The translations under genes were made by a program, and so were the position numbers. From an uncultured Methanolobus sp. (GTDB taxonomy: Archaea; Halobacteriota; Methanosarcinia; Methanosarcinales; Methanosarcinaceae), in NCBI GenBank assembly GCA_963675495.1, contig OY776215.1, positions 800,001 to 864,000 of the forward strand: DNA of 64,000 bases, read 5' to 3'. Below, piece by piece: positions 52,503-61,648 of this stretch. The notes under the pieces are model-generated. The model was given only the letters and a program-made list of their open reading frames with translations. It made no database searches and was not told the DNA's origin. Every line of letters starts with the position of its first letter. Within the stretch, counting starts at the first letter, position 1.

Positions 52503-53504
52503 ATGAAAAAAAATTGTATCAAGGTTTTGAAGAAAGAAGGTGAACCAATACGCAGATCACTGCTGGAAATGGACTTGCTGGATAATTCCGCACGCATTAT
52601 TTCAGAAGGAGATCACCTGTATCTACCCCTTACAGAAGAGCCGCAGGAAAAACAGTTAATGAACCTGTCCGGAAATTTCGAACTCACCGAGCACGAGTTT
52701 GAGGAACAGAAAGGACAATTAAGGTTTGAAGACCTGCTTGATGAAGTACCGCATTTCGAACTAATTGGTGATATCGCACTTGTCGAAGATGATGTATCAG
52801 AGCCTGAAAAGGTAGCTGATGCCATCATGAAAGTGAAGAAGAACGTCAAAACAGTACTTGCCGCCATGAGCCCTGTTGAAGGAGAGTTCAGGACCCGCAG
52901 GTTCAGGGTAGTTGCAGGAGAGGACAGGACCTCAACCACACACAAGGAGTACGGTTGCAGATACTACATCGATCTTGAGAGAGCATACTTCACCCCCCGT
53001 CTGGCAACTGAGCGCTCACGTATCCTCGCACAGATCAGTGAAGGCCAGACCGTGGCAGACATGTTCGCAGGTGTTGGACCTTATAGTATAATGATAGCAA
53101 AAAAAAGCCCCGACATCCGGGTGATCGCCATAGACAAGAACCCCGATGCAGTGGAATTCCTTCGCCGCAACGTAGAACTCAATTCCGCCACCAATGTAGA
53201 AGCAATAGAAGGCGATGCCAACCTCGAGGCAGAAAAGTTTGCCGGAGTCGCCGACCACGTTATCATGAACCTACCCCACAACGCCAATGAGTTCCTTGAC
53301 GCTGCCATGAAATTGTGCGCTCCAAACGGTATCATCCACTATTATGATATCACCCACGAGGACGACCTTTTCGAGAGTTCCCTGAAACTTATCGAGGAGG
53401 CTGCATCCAGGGCAAATCGTACAACCGAGCTAGTAGAATCAAGGGTCGTCCGTTCCTACGCCCCTCACCAATCCAATGTCTGCATAGAAGTAAAAGTGAT
53501 ATAA
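52503..53504 (+). CDS. trm5: tRNA (guanine37-N1)-methyltransferase Trm5 family
   Basis: IGDIA, GEFRTR, HKEYG, YFTPRLATER, DMFAGVGPY, IMNLP. Confidence 0.88.
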   Translation: MKKNCIKVLKKEGEPIRRSLLEMDLLDNSARIISEGDHLYLPLTEEPQEKQLMNLSGNFELTEHEFEEQKGQLRFEDLLDEVPHFELIGDIALVEDDVSEPEKVADAIMKVKKNVKTVLAAMSPVEGEFRTRRFRVVAGEDRTSTTHKEYGCRYYIDLERAYFTPRLATERSRILAQISEGQTVADMFAGVGPYSIMIAKKSPDIRVIAIDKNPDAVEFLRRNVELNSATNVEAIEGDANLEAEKFAGVADHVIMNLPHNANEFLDAAMKLCAPNGIIHYYDITHEDDLFESSLKLIEEAASRANRTTELVESRVVRSYAPHQSNVCIEVKVI

Positions 53505-53522
53505 TCAGGCAGATTAATAAGC

Positions 53523-53535
53523 GAAATGGTTAAAT
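53523..53535 (+). promoter_or_regulatory. BRE/TATA promoter of tRNA-Thr
   Basis: GAAATGGTTAAAT ~33 nt upstream of the mature tRNA 5' end. Confidence 0.5.
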
Positions 53536-53567
53536 CATTACATACAATTATAGTGTCGTCCACACTT

Positions 53568-53639
53568 GCCTCTGTGGCTTAGCGGTATAGCGGCTGATTC
53601 GTAATCAGCAGGCCGAGGGTTCGAATCTCTCCAGGGGCT
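53568..53639 (+). tRNA. tRNA-Thr(CGT)
   Basis: Cloverleaf: GCCTCTG/CAGGGGC acceptor, GCTGA-TTCGTAA-TCAGC anticodon arm (CGT 53600-53602), GAGGG-TTCGAAT-CTCTC T arm. Confidence 0.95.
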
Positions 53640-53640
53640 T
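53624..53640 (+). repeat. attL core (3' end of tRNA-Thr)
   Basis: AATCTCTCCAGGGGCTT, 16/17 identical to 63460-63476. Confidence 0.85.
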
Positions 53641-53648
53641 GACATCAC

Positions 53649-53672
53649 GGGGTTAAAAGCCCCCTTTTTCTT
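53649..53672 (+). terminator. Hairpin plus T-tract downstream of tRNA-Thr
   Basis: GGGGTT-AA-AAGCCCC stem (imperfect) followed by CTTTTTCTT. Confidence 0.5.
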
Positions 53673-53846
53673 ATATTGTAAGTATTATCAGTTCAAATAC
53701 CAATTATAAAAAAACAAAGGATGATTATTGAGAAAATTTTATGAAGGGTAGATTGTATTTTGGTTTGTATATTGTTATAGGCTTTTGGTTGAAATAAAAA
53801 TGTGGGATCATGAGTGATTCCACATTTTGTCCATGTTTTGTTTGTT

Positions 53847-55091
53847 TCAGGAAGAAGATGTTGGTACTGTCAATGGTATCCAGCGTATATCGCAATTTGC
53901 CGCATTTGTTTCTACTTTCCAAACATCATCTTTTCGCACAGGCATGGTAATTGATGCATACTTCATTTTCTTTGTTGGGTAAATACTATCAGCCACCACA
54001 AGTTCCATAGTGGAACCAGTGAAAGTGGAGCCTTCTACATATATGGTTTCTTTGTTCTTTTTAGGCATGTCAGTTGAAGATATATAACAAACAACAAATC
54101 CATCAGTTTCCGCTATATATTGACCACCTGCAACAAAGGAATCTTTGTCCCATTCTCCAAACTCTGGACTTTCGCCCTGTGGACCTTGCTCACCTTGTGG
54201 TCCTTGCTCACCTTGTGGACCTACTGGAATAGCAACTATTTGGTCTTGTAAATCATAAATACTATCCCATATTTCATAAATTGCCTTCCATAAACCACTT
54301 ATTTCTTTATCTGGATCAATGAAGTTGACGACATTGTAATTAATACCTGTATCAACAAATACAGAACTTGGGTAATTATTAATTGTGCCGAATGAATCCG
54401 GTTCTGCTGAAGTGCCAAGCGTGCAACTACTAATTAATATGCCATAATTGTTGATGATACCAGGGCCATAATCTGCATTATTGTTAAAAATGTTGTAATT
54501 TAGAATTGTGCCGGTATTATTTACAATTCCATAAGTATAGACATACATATAATTTGTAAAATTTCCATTGTTTTGAATCAATGTTTCACTAAAAATTGTG
54601 CCGTTGTTATTTAGTGACCCGTTTTCATAGTTATAAAGCATGCCATAGAAGTTAAATTTTTTATTATTGTTTATAATTCCGTAATTATGGAGACTTATTG
54701 TAGGCTCAATGTGTAGGAAATCGTTGTTCTCAAAAACACCAAAATTATAAAATTCACTTGATAAAAGCTCCATAGACCCATTGTTCAAAAATATACCGTG
54801 GTTATTCAGATTACCCACTATCATGAAGTGTCCGTCTGAACTGATTTCGAGCACCCCGTTCGGTTGGATGATAAGGCTACCTCCATTATTTAGTTCAAAC
54901 CGATCACCATGCACTATGAGACTTTCACCATCTTCAATTACAAGTGTGTCACCTGCGTTTATATACAGTTCATCACCAATATTAATTACACCTGGGTTTG
55001 TCAGATTTGTTGCGTTGGCAGTGCCTGCAAAAACAAGCATTAATGCTATTATTATAAAGAATAATCTATCCCTATTCATATTTATCACCAT
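53847..55091 (-). CDS. Secreted Asn/Gly-rich (beta-helix-like) protein with short coiled coil, collagen-like repeat and small C-terminal domain
   Basis: Signal peptide ending ANA; repeated N.G.I.N; IYDLQDQI; GPQGEQGPQGEQGPQGES; YIAETDGFV. Confidence 0.75.
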   Translation of the reverse strand: MVINMNRDRLFFIIIALMLVFAGTANATNLTNPGVINIGDELYINAGDTLVIEDGESLIVHGDRFELNNGGSLIIQPNGVLEISSDGHFMIVGNLNNHGIFLNNGSMELLSSEFYNFGVFENNDFLHIEPTISLHNYGIINNNKKFNFYGMLYNYENGSLNNNGTIFSETLIQNNGNFTNYMYVYTYGIVNNTGTILNYNIFNNNADYGPGIINNYGILISSCTLGTSAEPDSFGTINNYPSSVFVDTGINYNVVNFIDPDKEISGLWKAIYEIWDSIYDLQDQIVAIPVGPQGEQGPQGEQGPQGESPEFGEWDKDSFVAGGQYIAETDGFVVCYISSTDMPKKNKETIYVEGSTFTGSTMELVVADSIYPTKKMKYASITMPVRKDDVWKVETNAANCDIRWIPLTVPTSSS

Positions 55092-55419
55092 TTCATAATT
55101 ATTGAAAAAATATGTAAAAACATGTCCCCCTTAAAAAAATGTCTTTAAGTAAGTATATAAAATTATCCAAATGAACGTGTATTATTAAAAGTTATGAATA
55201 ATTCAAGCTCTGTAGAAAAACTACTTCTATTTTATTTTAGTATCACTATTTAAAAAGGATGACTCCCCTAAGGAATACTTATCACTAAAAGCACAAAGGG
55301 GATGAGTGTGTTTCGTCTAGTCAGTACTTAAATAATTGATTCATAAAAATCGCATTCAAAATCCTTCCTTCCTAAAAATAAAAAAAGATGCATTGCAAAT
55401 CAACGCATCAAAAACAAAC

Positions 55420-55668
55420 TTATCTAGAATTCTCACTTTTCAGCGATTCAAGTATTGAAAGAAGCTTAACACTCAACACCTCAAGATCCGAACCAAAGAG
55501 AGTGAAGTTCTCCCATCTGTTTGATTTCTTGTTGAACTTGGAGAACTGAAGCCATTTCACGCTTGAACCATCATCCTTTTTCTTTTCAGAGATTGAGACT
55601 GACGTATTTGCCAGGTGGATCTTTTCGCCTATCTGTCTAATTCCATATTCATTATATTCATTTGACAT
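55420..55668 (-). CDS. Small protein, possibly PC4-like ssDNA-binding
   Basis: Beta-strand pattern VSISEK..WLQFSKF.K....WENFTL followed by a C-terminal helix; fold is a guess. Confidence 0.55.
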   Translation of the reverse strand: MSNEYNEYGIRQIGEKIHLANTSVSISEKKKDDGSSVKWLQFSKFNKKSNRWENFTLFGSDLEVLSVKLLSILESLKSENSR

Positions 55669-55824
55669 TTTGAATTACCAATTAAACATTGAAATATCAA
55701 TACAAGAACATTTATAATTTCAATAAAAAGAGGACGCAAAAGTAATACAAAAACAATACTGTTTTTCACACTTGTCTACGATGCAGTAAATAATAGTCTG
55801 TTTCTTGGGTTTGGTTAGGATGTT

Positions 55825-56130
55825 CCTCACTTGCGCCCGCAGTGTTCGTCACATCATTTTTAGAGGGGAGTTTGGTATTTGACGGACAGAATTACTGCGC
55901 AACTCTGCCCTTTAAAGATGGTTGGTGCGTCAATGCGCCCTTTGGTCGCATTCACACTGAAAATTAGATTACTTGCAACTTACACTGACAGTTTGCAGGA
56001 CTTGCAGTCCCGGGGAGCAGAGTTTGTCGGCTCCCCTTCGTTCTAGTCTTGCTTTTGTTACGGGATTCTGCGAGGTGTAGCTAACTGGAAATATGCTCCG
56101 CATACTGTGGGGTTTCTGCGAAACCCCACT
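55825..56130. other. GC-enriched hairpin cluster (candidate single-strand origin or structured RNA)
   Basis: Stems 55852-72/55901-20, 55995-56002/56045-52, 56012-18/56030-36, and perfect GTGGGGTTTC-TGC-GAAACCCCAC at 56107-56129. Confidence 0.55.
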
Positions 56131-56131
56131 T

Positions 56132-56398
56132 TTACATATTGAAAACTTGAAAATGCCGGAAAGCATTTATGTTGTTTTCAAAGTGCTCACATGCTATGTC
56201 ATATGATTTCCAGGAACATGCATTCCCTAGAATTATATTCTTCAGTACTATATCGGGATGTAGATCACAGGATTGTGTTTCAATGAAAGATTGAACATTA
56301 TATGATGTCAATGCACCTGTTCTTTGTTCTTTACGATATTGATTGATCCTTTTGTATAGCTCTTGTTCACTTCTTATGAGAGTTTTGTCTTCATTCAT
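56132..56398 (-). CDS. Hypothetical protein (element-encoded)
   Basis: 88-aa ATG ORF co-oriented with the element; AT-rich TATA-like sequence upstream. Confidence 0.55.
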   Translation of the reverse strand: MNEDKTLIRSEQELYKRINQYRKEQRTGALTSYNVQSFIETQSCDLHPDIVLKNIILGNACSWKSYDIACEHFENNINAFRHFQVFNM

Positions 56399-56524
56399 GC
56401 AAAGTAGTATGTATCCTGTATATATTCTGATGAGCCAAGTGAGGTGAAAGTAATTTGTTGAACCTCTGTTTCATGTAAAAAGAATTTATGCAATATTTGG
56501 GTTAAAAATCACGGTAAAATCGGG

Positions 56525-56608
56525 TTGCATGTCAACTGTGGCACACACGCCTTAATCGTGTACCTAAGGGAACATTGGAAAAAAGCCACGGGCGCCGCGA
56601 AGCGGCGC
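56525..56608 (+). repeat. 84-bp dispersed repeat, copy A, ending in GCGCCGC-GAA-GCGGCGC hairpin
   Basis: Ungapped match to 63847-63930, 61/84 identical by hand count. Confidence 0.75.
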
Positions 56609-56799
56609 GAGTGCTGGGTAGGTTGGATATTTTGAAGGATAAGAGGATTTAGTAAAAACAGTAGCAAGAGATTTTTGTACAAAATAATTAATAGTACACA
56701 AGAAAAACCATTTTCCACTAGAAATGATACTGCACCTGTTCTAGCTGAAATATCTAAAAGAAATATCTTTTTTGTATATTGATTAATGTGCTACTATTC

Positions 56800-58530
56800 T
56801 TACCGTATATCAACTTTAATTCCTAATAATTTATATTCATCTGATTTATCAGTTAAAGTTAATACTTTGTGTTTTGTAATCATTTCATCAAATTCGCTTT
56901 GATTCATGTGTTTTCTAATTTCATCAAGTTGATTTTGATTCACAGTTGCAATGTATTGCTTTTTAGAATTTGAAAATTTATCGTTTATGACCTTGAACAT
57001 GTCAGCTATTTGCCTCTCGTCAATATCCGAAAAAAGTCTACTGTCATGAAAAACAAAATCTATTTTATGTTTGTATCCTTCAAATAATATTGTCAAGTCG
57101 TAGCAAAAAATCTTGACATGATTTATACCATCAGAAGCATCTGATTCAATTTTTGCATCAATATCAAATCGCAATTGATTTGTTCCGTTATTGGGATCAA
57201 TTGTAATGCCAGCTACACTATCTGGATAGAATGTTTTCGCAAGACTCCTAAAAAAGTTTCTTAATATGACAATATCATCTCCAATATCTTCTAGATACTT
57301 GTCGGTAGTTTCAGCAGATTCCATAAACTCTTTTTTAATTTCTCTTTCTTTGGAGCTGCACTCCGCTTGTAGCAATTGATATTTTTTAATGTTTTCTCTT
57401 TCTAGCTCATATTCTGCTTTCTTACTATTAAGACTAACAAAAAGATCAAGTGCTTGATGGTCACCTAGATATTTCATAATACTATCGAGTTCTTTTTGCA
57501 ACTTCTCTATTTTCTTTTCTTTAGTTTGTATTTCTAATTTCAATCTGTTTTGCTGCTCACTTAATCTTCTTTTTCGATTTGATATCAACTTTTCATAGAA
57601 TTTTTCTAATTCGTCTAACTCTTTGACTAACATTTCGGAGAATTGTATTTTTGATTCTTGATAAACATTTAATATACTATTCTTGGACAAATCAGGTGAG
57701 AAATTTAAACTATTATTTACTTGTTCTAGATTATTTTGTAAAAGTATAATCTTATTATTTAGTACAAATAGTTCTTTTTCTACTTTATCTGCCTTCAGTT
57801 GGATATCTCTATAATCTTCTGCCACTTCAAATGTTTTTAAATTATCTTCCAATTGATTGATTCGGTCTTCTAATTCTACTAGTGTCAAAGCAGCATCTTT
57901 ATTCCCGGTAAAGAAATCTTTTAATAATGAATCATTTTTAAAAGTTTTCTTCAAATTATCCACAGAGTCTAATTCTTTTTTAAGCTCTGCTTTTTTTTGT
58001 ATCAGAGAAACATCTAATCCTAGTAAAAACGAATTGTACAGTAATGTCTGGTATTGTTTTCCAGTCTTTGCCGGTTGATCAAAATTTACATAAGATTCTT
58101 TTTTCGGTCGAACAAAAAAAGGAATTAAGCTTCTGAAAGAAAGATAAGAAATATTTTCAGGAATAACAAAACACAAAGAATCCATCTTCTTGTTAAATTT
58201 TAGAACCGACATTAATTCATCATTTAACACTATATCCTTTGGATTATTTGTAGTTCTTTTAACTGTATACGTTTCATTGCCTACCTTAAAATCAATGAAG
58301 AATTCCCAATCTTCTAATTTTTCACAAAAATCATTGTATCCTTTTTCAGCAGCTCCAAAACAAAAATGAATTATGCGGACTAAAAGAGATTTTCCTACTC
58401 CATTATAGGTTTTTCCTTTGTCATTGGATTCTGGATCATCCTGTTCTGCGACAATAAAGCTAGGTCCAGTTACATTAAATTCAACTGTCCTGAAGCTTTC
58501 TTTGTTCGAATAAACTTTCAACAAATGCAT
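56800..58530 (-). CDS. lmuB: Lamassu LmuB / ABC-3C SMC-like ATPase (DUF2326-type)
   Basis: Walker A YNGVGKS, central coiled coil, signature-like ESDASDG, Walker B FVFHDS, D-loop DIDERQ, QYIATVN. Confidence 0.8.
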   Translation of the reverse strand: MHLLKVYSNKESFRTVEFNVTGPSFIVAEQDDPESNDKGKTYNGVGKSLLVRIIHFCFGAAEKGYNDFCEKLEDWEFFIDFKVGNETYTVKRTTNNPKDIVLNDELMSVLKFNKKMDSLCFVIPENISYLSFRSLIPFFVRPKKESYVNFDQPAKTGKQYQTLLYNSFLLGLDVSLIQKKAELKKELDSVDNLKKTFKNDSLLKDFFTGNKDAALTLVELEDRINQLEDNLKTFEVAEDYRDIQLKADKVEKELFVLNNKIILLQNNLEQVNNSLNFSPDLSKNSILNVYQESKIQFSEMLVKELDELEKFYEKLISNRKRRLSEQQNRLKLEIQTKEKKIEKLQKELDSIMKYLGDHQALDLFVSLNSKKAEYELERENIKKYQLLQAECSSKEREIKKEFMESAETTDKYLEDIGDDIVILRNFFRSLAKTFYPDSVAGITIDPNNGTNQLRFDIDAKIESDASDGINHVKIFCYDLTILFEGYKHKIDFVFHDSRLFSDIDERQIADMFKVINDKFSNSKKQYIATVNQNQLDEIRKHMNQSEFDEMITKHKVLTLTDKSDEYKLLGIKVDIR

Positions 58531-58763
58531 TTTTTTATTACACCGTCCTGCTCAATAACGGCCCCTATGGAATAGAGAAAAACGATTGTGAGTAAAAAAC
58601 TATCAAAATTATGCTTCGCATGATATATTTTATTTTGATAATCATTCTGATATTTATCCCATAAATTATCAATAGGTTTTGATGATTCTAATTGAGTCAA
58701 AATGTAGCTGCCAAAACCCAGCAAAGATTCTGAAAAATTAGTGTGCTTAGTTGGAAGGATCAT
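58518..58763 (-). CDS. lmuC: Lamassu LmuC / ABC-3C middle component
   Basis: MILPTKH...SESLLG.G..IL ... FLYSIGAV, typical of small ABC-3C middle components; overlaps both neighbours. Confidence 0.75.
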   Translation of the reverse strand: MILPTKHTNFSESLLGFGSYILTQLESSKPIDNLWDKYQNDYQNKIYHAKHNFDSFLLTIVFLYSIGAVIEQDGVIKKCIC

Positions 58764-59671
58764 TACATTTCTCCTTTGAGAGGTTCTTCAAATATATCAC
58801 ATGTTTCAAAATACTTTGCCATAATTACAATAACTGATATTTCATATATTTGTTCTGCTTTTGGACTTGCACATTTAACAATTGCCCAAAATAATTCGTC
58901 CCCACAACTATTCTTTTTTTCTTGGATGTAGATTTCATTCATTTTATCCCGCAAAGAATCTGCAAGGAAATCACTATTATTTTTCAAATAATTTTCTAAA
59001 GAATGCAACTGAATGCATCCATTGTTAAGGAATCTAGACACATATTTAGATAGATTGTTAAACTCTATTTTTTCATCCCAATCTGGCAATTTTACTTCAG
59101 GCTTATCATCTTTTGGTAAAGGTAATGTCATTATATATGAAATTATTTCGCGGAGTATTGAGTAATCTAATTGTTTTATCTTAGCAGGATCAGGAATAAA
59201 TCCTGCTATCATTCCTATCTGATCATCAGCAAGCTCAAAAAGCATATTTTCAAGGTCTTTTGCAGTCATAAATCCTGCATAATCAAGATTATGTGATGTC
59301 CTTATGTCTTGAATTATTTTTTCAGAGTCAGGATTTACACCTTTGTACTTGTCATTGACTACAAAATAAAATTGTTTTACTGGTCCCCATTGTTTATTTA
59401 AACCTGCGAAATCTGTTTTTAGTTTATTGACAATGTCTGTGTAGGATTTTCTTATATCCTCAGGAGCAAATACCTGAAAATATATGCATTTAGATTTTAT
59501 GTAACCATCATTTTTTCTGTCACCGATGTTTCCCCATGGCTTTATCTGCTGAAAATCTGGTTCTGTATAATTCATAATTGCACTGAATATATCTTCAAAT
59601 ATTTGTCCATCAGCTTTTAAGATTTTGTTTTGAAACAAATATCTAGTTAATGTTCTTTCTTGAACGTCCAT
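58763..59671 (-). CDS. lmuA: Lamassu LmuA / ABC-3C effector with restriction-endonuclease-like N-terminus
   Basis: FEDIF, GDRKNDGY..YFQVFAPE nuclease-like motif; KIEFNNL and KYFETCDIFE ABC-3C C-terminal motifs. Confidence 0.75.
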   Translation of the reverse strand: MDVQERTLTRYLFQNKILKADGQIFEDIFSAIMNYTEPDFQQIKPWGNIGDRKNDGYIKSKCIYFQVFAPEDIRKSYTDIVNKLKTDFAGLNKQWGPVKQFYFVVNDKYKGVNPDSEKIIQDIRTSHNLDYAGFMTAKDLENMLFELADDQIGMIAGFIPDPAKIKQLDYSILREIISYIMTLPLPKDDKPEVKLPDWDEKIEFNNLSKYVSRFLNNGCIQLHSLENYLKNNSDFLADSLRDKMNEIYIQEKKNSCGDELFWAIVKCASPKAEQIYEISVIVIMAKYFETCDIFEEPLKGEM

Positions 59672-59961
59672 TCTATTGCACCTATGCTGAATTATGGAAC
59701 CGTGTAATCTGTATTATGCAGTTTACTTAAAAACAATACACTATTATCAAATATACTTCTATATAATAAATAATGATAATTTCATTTTTAAGCTGCCGAC
59801 ACAAATTTTATCTGAAGGTTTATACTATGAACTTAAACTTAAAATTTGCGATTTCATTCATAAGCACATCAAAATGGCAAGAGTTTATAATAATGCAATT
59901 TAACTATGAATATTTACAATTATGTGTTCTATATATCTTATTTTTTGATAGCTCACGCTCT

Positions 59962-61407
59962 TCAGATTACTCTGCTATACCTCATAGTATTGTAATTTGA
60001 CCTGACTGCAATACCACGCCAAATTCCAAGTTCTTTGAACTCTTTCGCTAGCTGTTTAGCCTGTCTGTAAGTATCAACTACAATAGGTTCTTGGTCAGGA
60101 GTGTGGCGAGACTTAATTAATTTCAGGTTCTTTTTACGTTCCTTGAAAGGACGGATTACTCCGGAATCTACGAAGACGTGGCCGAATATCTTTTTGAAGC
60201 CTATGTTAAAGTCTGAACAGAAGTTGATGAGAGGATCTTTTGCTTTTTCCCATAGGCGTTTAGTTTTGAAGAATACCTTTGTGCAGTGTTCGCGGGCTGT
60301 GTCCAGGGTACCTTCGGATTTCCAGTAATTGATGTAGCGCCATAGGGAACGCTCGGGGATTTCTGTTTGTTCCTGGATGTCTCGGAAGTCTGCGCATCCT
60401 TCAGATTGAAGGGCAATGAATGCCAGGGCTTTAATGGCCTGCATGTTCTTGCCAAAGTCGATGTTCTCATCTTGAGAAGATTGATTATTATAGTTCCATT
60501 TTGGGAGATCATAGCGATATTCAAAGACCTTTTCAGCATCGAAGTAATTGTCTGATACGTATTCTATGGGAGAGATGAAGTTAAGAAGGGAGAACAGGAG
60601 TTTATCGAGGTCTTTTTTCAGGGAGAGGAATTCATTGATAGAGGGATTTTGTTTTGAATCGGATTTGAGGAAGACCTCAAGTTTTGGGTGTCTTAGGGGA
60701 TCTTCTGGTCTGCGGTCCAGGAAGTTTTTTATACGGTAGGATTTGACGCTGTGTTGATATTCGGTTTTTATGTTGCAGGCGGAGAAGTCGGGATTATCCA
60801 GTTTGTACATGTCGTATTTACCGGACCTTAGATTTTTGACAAGTTTTGAATCTCCACGCATGGAGGATTCATATTCTATTGCCTGGAGCATTGTTACCAG
60901 GTCATGTTCGTGTCGTTCATGACAACGTATGTGTCTGGCCATCTGGTATATTGTGGACCTTGAACGGTCTATCATGTGGCGGAAGCGTGAAGCTCCCAGA
61001 AAGTCCATGAATTCAAAGATGATGTCAAAGTGTTCGTCAAGGTCGATATAAGAGGACTGGATATGAATTTGAGTTCCTATTGATGGAAGGTTAAGGATCT
61101 TTCCTGATTTTGTTTTTGTGCCTGCTCCAAATAGGGGTTTTATGGTGTAGGTGCATTTTGATGCTCCTTCTTTATCGGTCCATTGGAGCATGTACTCAAA
61201 GGCGAGTTTCTTTGTTTTGGGATTGTAGAGGCCGCCTTGTTTGGGCCAGAACTTGAAGTTACGGTCACCTATCTTGATATGATGGTTATAGCTATCAGTT
61301 ACATTGTTAGAGAAGTAACTGACAACTGTATAATAGAAGTCCAGGTCTGTTATATGTAAATAACAGCCGAACTCATGGGTGACGGGTTCCGGGAACTTAT
61401 GAACCAT
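59962..61407 (-). CDS. Putative replication protein with C-terminal wHTH (recalls betapleolipovirus/haloarchaeal plasmid Rep-like family)
   Basis: N-terminal PVTHEF..YL....DFYY, KSY...DPLRHPKLEV, HTH ADFRDIQEQTEIPERSLWRYI; family link is from memory of motifs. Confidence 0.6.
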   Translation of the reverse strand: MVHKFPEPVTHEFGCYLHITDLDFYYTVVSYFSNNVTDSYNHHIKIGDRNFKFWPKQGGLYNPKTKKLAFEYMLQWTDKEGASKCTYTIKPLFGAGTKTKSGKILNLPSIGTQIHIQSSYIDLDEHFDIIFEFMDFLGASRFRHMIDRSRSTIYQMARHIRCHERHEHDLVTMLQAIEYESSMRGDSKLVKNLRSGKYDMYKLDNPDFSACNIKTEYQHSVKSYRIKNFLDRRPEDPLRHPKLEVFLKSDSKQNPSINEFLSLKKDLDKLLFSLLNFISPIEYVSDNYFDAEKVFEYRYDLPKWNYNNQSSQDENIDFGKNMQAIKALAFIALQSEGCADFRDIQEQTEIPERSLWRYINYWKSEGTLDTAREHCTKVFFKTKRLWEKAKDPLINFCSDFNIGFKKIFGHVFVDSGVIRPFKERKKNLKLIKSRHTPDQEPIVVDTYRQAKQLAKEFKELGIWRGIAVRSNYNTMRYSRVI

Positions 61408-61444
61408 GTGTTTGCAAGAGCTTATTTTGTCTCACAACTTTGCA

Positions 61445-61648
61445 TTAAAAACTATTATTTTTGTTCGGTTCATAGGGTTGAATTATGGCATGTAATCCAT
61501 TTTCATCCATGTATAATTCGTATTTTACGCAGTCAATTACTAGACTCCCATCAGGATCAACAATACCCAAAGCAAAAGCAACTTTTTGGGGTAATGTTAT
61601 GTTCAGACGGCCACCGTTTTCCTTGATACGGTATCCTGTTTTTCCCAT
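61445..61648 (-). CDS. AbrB/SpoVT-like DNA-binding protein
   Basis: RIKENGGRLNITLPQKVAFALGI swapped-hairpin pattern. Confidence 0.65.
   Translation of the reverse strand: MGKTGYRIKENGGRLNITLPQKVAFALGIVDPDGSLVIDCVKYELYMDENGLHAIIQPYEPNKNNSF

Noticed and set aside
1017-53335. Many 60-250 aa ORFs antisense to or nested in core genes (e.g. 1857..2534, 10106..10681, 38823..39437, 43248..43724)
   Set aside because: Shadow ORFs opposite well-supported genes, with no motifs of their own.
53100-53480. C-rich shift in the 3' part of trm5 next to the tRNA
   Set aside because: The frame is intact with normal Trm5 motifs, and there are no boundary repeats; insufficient evidence for a foreign segment.
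55969-56718. ORFs 55969..56166 and 56509..56718 in the element
   Set aside because: They run across hairpins and the 84-bp repeat, use weak starts and have no protein-like features; better explained as non-coding structure.
59694-60000. + strand ORFs between lmuA and rep
   Set aside because: Very AT-rich, antisense to the element; more likely the promoter region of the Lamassu operon.
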